Source: a virus (lineage: Duplodnaviria; Caudoviricetes). Taken from it: 30,036 nt of DNA. Where the stretch lies: positions 1-30,036 of the IMG/VR virus record IMGVR_UViG_3300044676_000865; one strand, given 5' to 3'. This document shows, piece by piece, positions 17,203 to 25,256 of the stretch; position 1 is the stretch's first letter; each line of letters starts with the position of its first letter. The translations under genes were made by a program, and so were the position numbers. The notes beneath the pieces were generated by a model. That model saw nothing but the letters and a program-made list of their open reading frames with translations, was not told where the DNA came from and searched no databases.

Positions 17203-20200
17203 ATGGCAGGTTATTCAAGACAATCAGCAGCAGATATTATCGCTAATGCGGTTATTAAAGCTGCACCAGTAAACGCAGAGTATAATGCTCTACGAGATAC
17301 TTTTGCTTTAGCTACTGGACATAAGCACGATGGTAGTTCCACTGAAGGTGGTTACGTACCTCTGATAGCTGACAGTGATGCACTAAACAAAGTTGTAATA
17401 GATACGTCTAACAACCGTATAGGTTTCTTCAGTGAAGTTTCTTCTGCTGCTGTAGAACAAATACGTATTCAGGATGGTGCTATTGTTCCTGTAACTGATA
17501 ATGACATTGACCTTGGTGCTTCAAGTACAAAGTTTAAAAACCTTTACGTAAATGGTATTGCAAGTATAGGATCTATATCCCTGTCAGGTGGAACCATAGA
17601 CGGTACAGTAATAGGTGGTACAACTGCTGCTGCTGCAGATTTCACTACTATGGATGCTTCAGGTAATGCTACTGTAGGCGGTACTCTTGGTGTTACAGGT
17701 AATGTTACAATGGGTGGTACATTAGCAGTAACTGGTACAACTGCTCTTACAGGTACAGCAACTATTACATCTGCTGATATAAACTCTGGTGCTATGGATA
17801 ATACTACCATTGGTAATACAACGGCTGCTGCAGGTACATTTACTAATCTTACTTCTACAGGTACATCTACTCACGCTACTGTTGATATTAACGGTGGTGC
17901 AATTGATGGTGTCACTATAGGTGCAGCATCTGCAGGTGCAGGTACATTTACTAATTTAACAGCCTCTGGCACAACAACTGTAACTACTGCAGATATAAAT
18001 GGTGGTAACATTGATGGTACAATTATTGGTGCTTCTAGTGCTGCAGCAGGTAGTTTTACAACTGTATCAACAACTGGACAAGCTACATTAGCAACTGTTG
18101 ATATTAATGGTGGCGCTATTGATGGCGCTATTATCGGGGCTAATAGTGCTGCAGCCATAACAGGTACAACTATTACAGGAACAAGTCTTGTAGGTGCAGT
18201 TACAGGTAACGTCACAGGAGATCTAACAGGTGATGTCACTGGTGATGTAACAGGTGATCTTACAGGAAACGTAACTGCAGGTTCTGGTTCGTCTACGTTT
18301 AACAACGTAACTGTCAACGGAACACTGGACGTAACAGGTACAACAATTGCTAACGTTACTGATCCTAGTTCTGCACAAGATGCTGCCACAAAAAATTATG
18401 TTGATTCTGAAATATCCAGTCTCGTAGACTCAGCACCTGGAACACTAAACACACTTAACGAACTAGCTGCAGCATTAGGTGATGATGCAAGTTTTAGTAC
18501 AACTATTACAAATAGTATAGCTACTAAGTTACCACTAGCAGGTGGTACAATGAGTGGTGCTATAGCTATGGGTACATCTAAGATTACAGGTTTGGGTGAT
18601 CCAACAGCAGATCAAGATGCAGCAACTAAAAAGTATACAACAGATACATTCTTACCGTTAGCAGGTGGCACTCTAACAGGTGCAGTAGCAGCAGGTAGTA
18701 ACAAAATTACCGCTACATACACACCGAGTGCAAATTCGGACTTGACAACTAAGACATATGTTGATAGTATTTTAGGATCAGGAACATCAGCAGCAAGTTC
18801 AGCAACTGCAGCCGCCTCAAGTGCTACAGCCGCTGCTTCAAGTGCCACTGCAGCCGCATCTAGTGCTACTGGAGCAGCTTCTAGTGCAACCTCTGCAGCC
18901 GCAAGTTATGATTCCTTTGATGACAGATACCTTGGTGCTAAGTCATCTGCTCCCACTGTAGACAATGATGGTGATGCTTTAGTCACTGGTGCACTCTACT
19001 TTAACAGCACTACAAACATTATGAATGTTAGAACTAGTGGTGGTGCTTGGACTGCAGCAGGTTCATCCGTAAACGGTACATCTTCTCGTAACACTTACAC
19101 AGCTACAGCAGGTCAAACTACCTTTGCATCTACATATGATTCTGGTTATGTAGATGTGTATCTTAACGGTGTTAAACTGCTAGTAGGTACAGACTTTACA
19201 GCTACAAGTGGTACATCAATTGTGTTAGCGTCTGGTGCTGCAGCAGATGACATTGTTGATATTGTAGCCTACGGTACGTTTACTCTAGCTGATCACTACA
19301 CCGAAGCAGAGTCTGATGCGAGATACTTACAGCTATCAGGTGGTACACTTACTGGTGGACTAACAGGTACAACTGCTACGTTTACTGTTGCTGATAACTC
19401 AACAAATCTTTCGCTTGTGTCTACTGATGCAGATGCAAACCGTGGTCCTGTTTTAGATTTATACAGAAATAGCGCAAGTCCTGCTGATGATGATGTTTTA
19501 GGTGAAATAAAATTTCATGGAGAAAACGATGCAGATGAAAAAATACAATATGGACTTATTGCTGCCAAACTCCAAGATGCTTCAGATGGAACTGAAGATG
19601 TTAGATTAAGTTTTAAAACAATAACAGCAGGTACTGAAAGAGAAAGAGTTACAATTCAGCCAACTGAAGTGGTATTCAATGAAGACTCTCAAGATATAGA
19701 CTTCCGTGTTGAAAGCAATGGCAATGCTAACATGCTATTTGTTGATGGTGGAAATGATGCGGTTGGGATTGGAACGAGTTCAAATAGAAACTCTACAAAA
19801 TTAGACGTTTTGGGCGATATTACTTTTGGCGAAAATGCAAATTACTACGGCACCTTAGCTTATAATGCAGGAGCAGGTTTTCTCGATATTACATCTGGCG
19901 ATGGTGGATTCAGATTGTTTAAACGCTCTGGGCCAACAGAACTTATGCGCATCGACAGCAGCGGTAATACAACATTTAAAACAAGTGCTGGACATTTATC
20001 AGTAGAAGCACTTGGAGGTGGCTCAGTAAAACTTAACAGCAACGGCTCATTGGGTATGAATGTTGCCTCTGGGTTTTCCTATGAAATAGATGTTGGCGGC
20101 AGTGAGGTCATGCGAATAGACAGCAGCGGAAATGTTGGGATTGGGACGAGTTCGCCTAGTGCTCCGTTAGATGTAAGAACCGCTCACACATCTACGACTG

Positions 20201-21132
20201 TAGCTGATGCAAATAGTAATACTACCATGACTGTTGGAAATACTGGCTCTGGTAATGGTATTTACAACGCTATTAAGTTTGCAGGTAATCAACAAGATAT
20301 GTACATCATGTCGTTTAATCATGCTACTCAAGCTAGTAGACGGCTTGGGTTTTTTGTTGGTTCCGTTGCTGGTGATGCTACAACGGATGAGAGATTATCT
20401 ATAACAGGAGATGGTGATGTAATTATTAACCACAACGCTAATAATGCAAAACTTATGTTTAACGATCAAAGCAACTCTACAGGAATATATCTTCAGCAAA
20501 TTGGTAGCAGTGGCTCACCACAGCTTCGGTTCTTTGACTCTGCTGCTGGCTCAGAAACCATGCGTCTTAGCAGCGGTAACTTGCTTGTGGGTAAAACTGC
20601 TACGACAGATTTTAGCTCAAGCACAGCACAAGGAACTGAGATTAAAGACTTTATGATCCATGCTTCTAGAAATGGTGACGCTGCTCTTAAATTACAACGA
20701 AGTGGAACAAATGGAGGAATTGTCTCCTTTCATAGAGACACTAGCCTTGTCGGTACTATATCTGTCACTGCATCAGCAACAGCTTACAACACATCCTCAG
20801 ACTACCGCTTAAAAGAAAACGTAGCTGATCTTACAGGCGCAACAGATCGTCTCAAGCAGCTAGAGCCTAAACGCTTCAACTTCATTGCAGACGCAGACAC
20901 AACTGTTGATGGTTTCTTAGCACACGAAGTTCAGTCAGTTGTACCAGAAGCAATCACTGGCACACACAACGAGGTCGATGATGATGGCAACCCTGTTTAC
21001 CAAGGTATTGACCAAAGCAAATTAGTGCCATTGCTGACGGCTGCACTGCAAGAAGCGATTGCTAAGATTGAAACACTAGAAACAGAAATGACATCTGTTA
21101 AAGGACGACTAGACGCATTGGAGGCGAATTAA
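17203..21132 (+). CDS. tail fibre protein 1 with C-terminal peptidase S74 intramolecular chaperone
   Basis: N-terminal anchor (GHKHDG), G/T/A-rich repeats, DAATKxYVD and LNTLNELAAALGDD fibre motifs, MRIDSSGN repeats, TSSDYRLKENV...GFLAHEVQ S74 signature, terminal coiled coil. Confidence 0.9.
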   Translation: MAGYSRQSAADIIANAVIKAAPVNAEYNALRDTFALATGHKHDGSSTEGGYVPLIADSDALNKVVIDTSNNRIGFFSEVSSAAVEQIRIQDGAIVPVTDNDIDLGASSTKFKNLYVNGIASIGSISLSGGTIDGTVIGGTTAAAADFTTMDASGNATVGGTLGVTGNVTMGGTLAVTGTTALTGTATITSADINSGAMDNTTIGNTTAAAGTFTNLTSTGTSTHATVDINGGAIDGVTIGAASAGAGTFTNLTASGTTTVTTADINGGNIDGTIIGASSAAAGSFTTVSTTGQATLATVDINGGAIDGAIIGANSAAAITGTTITGTSLVGAVTGNVTGDLTGDVTGDVTGDLTGNVTAGSGSSTFNNVTVNGTLDVTGTTIANVTDPSSAQDAATKNYVDSEISSLVDSAPGTLNTLNELAAALGDDASFSTTITNSIATKLPLAGGTMSGAIAMGTSKITGLGDPTADQDAATKKYTTDTFLPLAGGTLTGAVAAGSNKITATYTPSANSDLTTKTYVDSILGSGTSAASSATAAASSATAAASSATAAASSATGAASSATSAAASYDSFDDRYLGAKSSAPTVDNDGDALVTGALYFNSTTNIMNVRTSGGAWTAAGSSVNGTSSRNTYTATAGQTTFASTYDSGYVDVYLNGVKLLVGTDFTATSGTSIVLASGAAADDIVDIVAYGTFTLADHYTEAESDARYLQLSGGTLTGGLTGTTATFTVADNSTNLSLVSTDADANRGPVLDLYRNSASPADDDVLGEIKFHGENDADEKIQYGLIAAKLQDASDGTEDVRLSFKTITAGTERERVTIQPTEVVFNEDSQDIDFRVESNGNANMLFVDGGNDAVGIGTSSNRNSTKLDVLGDITFGENANYYGTLAYNAGAGFLDITSGDGGFRLFKRSGPTELMRIDSSGNTTFKTSAGHLSVEALGGGSVKLNSNGSLGMNVASGFSYEIDVGGSEVMRIDSSGNVGIGTSSPSAPLDVRTAHTSTTVADANSNTTMTVGNTGSGNGIYNAIKFAGNQQDMYIMSFNHATQASRRLGFFVGSVAGDATTDERLSITGDGDVIINHNANNAKLMFNDQSNSTGIYLQQIGSSGSPQLRFFDSAAGSETMRLSSGNLLVGKTATTDFSSSTAQGTEIKDFMIHASRNGDAALKLQRSGTNGGIVSFHRDTSLVGTISVTASATAYNTSSDYRLKENVADLTGATDRLKQLEPKRFNFIADADTTVDGFLAHEVQSVVPEAITGTHNEVDDDGNPVYQGIDQSKLVPLLTAALQEAIAKIETLETEMTSVKGRLDALEAN
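17773..18170 (+). repeat. four 108-nt (36-aa) coding repeats, xDINxGxxDxxxIG
   Basis: Units start at 17773, 17881, 17989 and 18097. GCAGGTACATTTACTAAT is identical at 17830 and 17938. Confidence 0.8.
18190..18280 (+). repeat. 12-nt coding repeat (TG[DN][VL])n
   Basis: Protein reads VTGNVTGDLTGDVTGDVTGDLTGNVT. Confidence 0.75.
18787..18906 (+). repeat. 21-nt heptad coding repeat (AASSATA)n
   Basis: Protein reads SAASSATAAASSATAAASSATAAASSATGAASSATSAAAS. Confidence 0.8.
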
Positions 21133-23750
21133 TGACTAGAGCAAGAGACTTAGCAGATAGTGCTGACAAGGATATTGCAGGGACACTGACGCTTGATGGT
21201 TTGACTGTCGCAGGTAATGTGTCAGTCGATAGCGGCACAATTAAACTAGACGGTAATTACCCTACTGGTACAGGCAACGTGGCGTTGGGTGATACTGCGT
21301 TGGACAGTGTGCAGTCTGGTGGTAATTATAACATAGCTATAGGCCATAATGCAGGAACTGCAATTACGACAGGAACTGTAAATACTTTTGTAGGTACGTC
21401 ATCAGGCGATGCCTTAACAGTAGGTCATCATAATACAGCTTTGGGATACCAAGCCTTAACGAGTGATACCAAAGGTTCAAATAGTATTGCTGTAGGTAGT
21501 TTTGCATTAAACAATCAAAACTTTACATCTGCTACAGATGCTCACAATACAGCAGTAGGTTATAGTGCAGGGTCAGCAGTCACAACAGGCATAGAGAACA
21601 CCCTTATCGGTGGATTAGCAGGTGACGCTTTAACCGATGCTGATTACAATGTGGCATTAGGAGCTAGGGCATTAAGCAGTGACACATTAGGAAGTAGGTC
21701 AGTTGCTATTGGTAGATCAGCATTAGAAAGCCAAAATTTTACAACGGCTACAGATGCATACAATGTAGCTGTTGGTATGGCAGCAGGAGTATCAGTCACA
21801 ACAGGTGTAAGAAATACCTTAATAGGAGGACTTGCAGGTGATGCGATTACTTCTGGTGATAATAATGTGGCATTAGGATTTAATGCATTATCTGCTGATA
21901 CTCAAGGTGATAGAAACATTGCCATCGGTGTTGATGCATTAGCTGCACAAAACTTTACTACTAGCACTGATGTTTATAACATAGCTATTGGTTTTCAAGC
22001 AGGGGCAGCAGTCACAACAGGTGAGTCAAACAACCTTATTGGTGGACTTGCAGGTGATGCACTTACTACTGGATCGTTTAATCAAGTTTTAGGGGTTGCT
22101 GCATTAAGCTCTGACACGCAAGGAGGCAGAGCAGTTGCTATTGGGCATGGTGCTTTACTTAATCAAAACTTTACCACTGCTACAAATAGTTACAACATAG
22201 CCATAGGTCATAATGTAGGACTATCAGTCACAACAGGCATACACAATACCCTTGTTGGTTCTTTATCTGGTGATGCAATAACAATTGGTACTAATAATAC
22301 AGCAGTAGGTATTGATACTTTAGGATCAGAAGTTGCAGGACAGTTTTCAGTTGCTATTGGTGCTAACGCTTTAGCAAATCAAAGTTTTAGTACATCCACA
22401 GATGTTTATAACACAGCAGTAGGGCTTAATGCAGGACAAGCAATCACAACAGGCATATCTAACACCATTGTCGGGGGACGTGCAGGAGATGCTCTTACTG
22501 ATGCTGACTTTAACGTAGCTATAGGTATGGATGCTTTAACTTCTGATACATTAGGAACTGGAAGCACTGCTATTGGTTTAGGGACTTTGGCTGCACAAAA
22601 CTTTACTACAGCTACAAACACTTTTAACACAGCAGTTGGTTTTCAAGCAGGTAATTCAGTAACAACAGGTACGTATAACACGCTTATCGGGGCACAGTCA
22701 GGTGATGCACTTACTACTGGTCAAGAAAACGTAGCAGTAGGTACTGCAACACTAGGTGTTGATACTCAAGGTAGAAACTCAGTTGCTATCGGTCACTCAG
22801 CCCTTGAAGCTCAAAATTTCACGACAGCTACAGAAAGTCATAATATTGCTATTGGTCATAACAGTGGTAAAGCAATTACGACAGGCATAGAAAATACAAT
22901 CATTGGTAGTCAAGCAGGTGATGCCATCACTGATGCAGACCGTAATGTTGTTATTGGTAAAAACGCTTTAGCTCGAGACACTTTAGGATCACAAACAGTG
23001 GCAATTGGTTTTGGATCTTTAGAGAATCAAAACTTCACTACCGCTACTAATAGCCTCAATACAGCGGTTGGTTATAATACAGGATCAGCAGTCACCACAG
23101 GAAGAAAAAACACCATAGTCGGAGCTGATGCAGGTAATAACATAACTACTGGTGGCGAAAATGTAGTCGTGGGTTATGGCTCTATGAATAACCAAACTGG
23201 TGATGAAAACATTATTATTGGTTCAAACTCAAGCAACTCTTCTACAAGTGTTAGTCAAGAATATGTATTTGGAAGAGCGGCATCAGGAAGCGGCACTGCT
23301 ACTTTTACAATTGGTCGTGGTGATACTGATGTTCAAATAAATATTGATGGTTCGGATACTAGTTGGAGTGCTACATCAGATGAAAGATTAAAGCACAATA
23401 TTAATACACTATCTGTAGGATTAGATTTCATAGATGAACTAAGACCAGTTACTTATGAGTGGAAAGAAAAGAAAGATATAGACCCAAGTTTGGGCAGATA
23501 TTATGAAGAAAACTCTACTGATCCTTGCAGAGGCGATGGCGGTATTCATTATGGTCTTATTGCTCAAGAAGTGAAAACAGTAGTAGATAAATATTCTTTA
23601 ACTGGAAGGCATAATATCTGGAAAGAAGGTGTGGATGGCTTCCAAGTTGTTGGTTTAGGTAATGTTATGCCTATGCTTATTAAAGCCGTACAGGAACTGT
23701 CTGCAAAGAACGATGCACTTGAAGCTCGTATCGCAATCCTAGAAGGTTAA
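21132..23750 (+). CDS. tail fibre/spike protein 2: beta-solenoid repeats plus peptidase S74 chaperone
   Basis: MTRARDLAD N-terminus, many NxAIGxxA (YadA-head-like) units, TSDERLKHNI...YGLIAQEV S74 signature; GGAGG SD. Confidence 0.88.
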   Translation: MTRARDLADSADKDIAGTLTLDGLTVAGNVSVDSGTIKLDGNYPTGTGNVALGDTALDSVQSGGNYNIAIGHNAGTAITTGTVNTFVGTSSGDALTVGHHNTALGYQALTSDTKGSNSIAVGSFALNNQNFTSATDAHNTAVGYSAGSAVTTGIENTLIGGLAGDALTDADYNVALGARALSSDTLGSRSVAIGRSALESQNFTTATDAYNVAVGMAAGVSVTTGVRNTLIGGLAGDAITSGDNNVALGFNALSADTQGDRNIAIGVDALAAQNFTTSTDVYNIAIGFQAGAAVTTGESNNLIGGLAGDALTTGSFNQVLGVAALSSDTQGGRAVAIGHGALLNQNFTTATNSYNIAIGHNVGLSVTTGIHNTLVGSLSGDAITIGTNNTAVGIDTLGSEVAGQFSVAIGANALANQSFSTSTDVYNTAVGLNAGQAITTGISNTIVGGRAGDALTDADFNVAIGMDALTSDTLGTGSTAIGLGTLAAQNFTTATNTFNTAVGFQAGNSVTTGTYNTLIGAQSGDALTTGQENVAVGTATLGVDTQGRNSVAIGHSALEAQNFTTATESHNIAIGHNSGKAITTGIENTIIGSQAGDAITDADRNVVIGKNALARDTLGSQTVAIGFGSLENQNFTTATNSLNTAVGYNTGSAVTTGRKNTIVGADAGNNITTGGENVVVGYGSMNNQTGDENIIIGSNSSNSSTSVSQEYVFGRAASGSGTATFTIGRGDTDVQINIDGSDTSWSATSDERLKHNINTLSVGLDFIDELRPVTYEWKEKKDIDPSLGRYYEENSTDPCRGDGGIHYGLIAQEVKTVVDKYSLTGRHNIWKEGVDGFQVVGLGNVMPMLIKAVQELSAKNDALEARIAILEG
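21361..23110 (+). repeat. eight 216-nt (72-aa) tandem coding repeats
   Basis: QNFT/QSFS codons begin at 21516, 21732, 21948, 22164, 22380, 22596, 22812 and 23028: exact 216-nt period. Confidence 0.9.
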
Positions 23751-23752
23751 GC

Positions 23753-24394
23753 ATGGACCTAATACAAAGAAATTTTCCAAACGTAGGTGTGGTTGAAGCT
23801 CAACTACCAGAAGACGTTGTGAACAACATATGGAAAGTTGTAAACGAAGCAAGAGAACAGCCAGAAGATATGAAGCCTGAACTCGCAGGTAACATCAGTA
23901 AGTCTATCAGGTTAGACGGTGACTCACCTTTACTCAAAGAGTTTGTTGGTGAGCTACTACCCTCGTTTATACAAAGCCACATTGAAGCTTATGGCGCACC
24001 TTGGCGTGAAACGATGCGTGAGGGTGACGGTTGGAACTTAGAAAGCCTCTGGGTCAACTTCCAGAAGCAACATGAGTTTAACCCACCGCATGACCACAGT
24101 GGCGTATACAGCTTTGTAATATGGATGCAGATACCTACGTCTTATGCAGAGCAAAAGAAACTTCCTATTTGTGCCAACTCAAATGCAGATAATCACATAT
24201 CTAACTTTGCATTTAGTTACACAAATACGTTGGGCAGGGTATCAACCTTTGCTTACAACATGGAAAAAGAAGCAGAAGGTTACATGGTTATGTTTCCATC
24301 AACCATGCTTCATCAGGTGTTTCCCTTTTACGATAATGATGGGGAACGTATTTCAATCTCAGGCAATATCAATATTGCAAACCTAGAAGGATAA
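23753..24394 (+). CDS. putative 2OG-Fe(II) oxygenase (TIGR02466-like phage family)
   Basis: WVNFQKQHEFNPPHDHSG (HxH), FPSTMLHQVFPF (distal His), ERISISGN (RxS 2OG-binding motif). Confidence 0.85.
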   Translation: MDLIQRNFPNVGVVEAQLPEDVVNNIWKVVNEAREQPEDMKPELAGNISKSIRLDGDSPLLKEFVGELLPSFIQSHIEAYGAPWRETMREGDGWNLESLWVNFQKQHEFNPPHDHSGVYSFVIWMQIPTSYAEQKKLPICANSNADNHISNFAFSYTNTLGRVSTFAYNMEKEAEGYMVMFPSTMLHQVFPFYDNDGERISISGNINIANLEG

Positions 24395-24400
24395 ATAACA

Positions 24401-24670
24401 ATGGCAAGAGAAGCTGATCAAATAGCAAAAGACCACGCAGCAATGCTTGGTAGTGTGTCAGTAATTACTAGTGTTATTGCTACACATAACAAAGGCAGTG
24501 ATGCAACTAGTGAAGATTTCGGACATGACATGACGCATGACGAAAAGAAAGAGCGTGTAGCTCGAAGCAACGGTTATCTAGTTCACATGAAAGCACTTGA
24601 TGATTGGGGCGATGAAAGTTTCACAGAGATAGATGCAGCTATTTCTGCGGCTAATTCATTTACTGCATAA
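24401..24670 (+). CDS. small hypothetical protein (possibly tail-fibre associated)
   Basis: 89-aa ORF with AAGGA SD, downstream of the fibre genes. Confidence 0.65.
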   Translation: MAREADQIAKDHAAMLGSVSVITSVIATHNKGSDATSEDFGHDMTHDEKKERVARSNGYLVHMKALDDWGDESFTEIDAAISAANSFTA

Positions 24671-24696
24671 TTTTAACCAAGGAAGGAAATGGTACA

Positions 24697-24927
24697 ATGG
24701 GAAAAGATAAAAAGACCCCAGTAACTATTAATGATGTAGAATACTTTGTAGAAGACTTAACAGATCAACAACGCACTATACTAAATCACATTCAAGATTT
24801 AGAACGTAAACTAGCAAGTACTCGTTTTAATGTTGATCAACTTACTGTAGGACGTGACGCATTTATTAATATGCTGACACGATCATTAGAGACTACAGAA
24901 GAAGAAGTTTCACCTGAAGCAGCTTAA
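24697..24927 (+). CDS. small coiled-coil hypothetical protein
   Basis: 76 aa, AAGGAAGGA upstream. VTINDVEYFVEDLTDQQ followed by a coiled coil, a pattern common after marine-phage fibre genes. Confidence 0.7.
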   Translation: MGKDKKTPVTINDVEYFVEDLTDQQRTILNHIQDLERKLASTRFNVDQLTVGRDAFINMLTRSLETTEEEVSPEAA

Positions 24928-24942
24928 TATGTTTTAACCATA

Positions 24943-24970
24943 GATAGGGCTGCAGCAATGTAGCTCTATC
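24943..24970 (+). terminator. 12-bp hairpin with GCAA tetraloop (terminator or processing site)
   Basis: GATAGGGCTGCA-GCAA-TGTAGCTCTATC, with two G-U pairs. No + strand U-tract. Confidence 0.45.
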
Positions 24971-24991
24971 ATAGTATAAAAAGAAAAGTTA

Positions 24992-25246
24992 ATGAGTGAC
25001 ATCAAACTAACCCCAGAAGAAGTAGAGACAATGCTAGACAACGCAGCTAGGCGTGGTGCTAAAGAGGCACTCCGTTCTATTGGGTTACTTGACGATGACG
25101 CAGCCAGAGATATTATAGAAATGAGAAGTTTACTAGAGGCTTGGAGAGACACACGTAAATCTGTCTGGTCAACTGTAGTTAAATTAACCACTGTCGCACT
25201 GCTGACATTTATTGCAGGTGCAGTGTGGATGACAATGGGTAAATAA
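24992..25246 (+). CDS. DUF6127-like small membrane protein (possible holin-like)
   Basis: AARRGAKEALRSIGL.D..A.RDI.EMRSLLEAWR motif plus one C-terminal hydrophobic helix. Confidence 0.65.
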   Translation: MSDIKLTPEEVETMLDNAARRGAKEALRSIGLLDDDAARDIIEMRSLLEAWRDTRKSVWSTVVKLTTVALLTFIAGAVWMTMGK

Positions 25247-25256
25247 GGAATAAGAT

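Noticed and set aside
21361-23110. Regular repeats considered as a CRISPR array or DGR template/variable pair
   Set aside because: The repeats are in-frame, degenerate at synonymous sites and lack unique spacers. There is no adenine-specific pattern, reverse transcriptase or cas gene.
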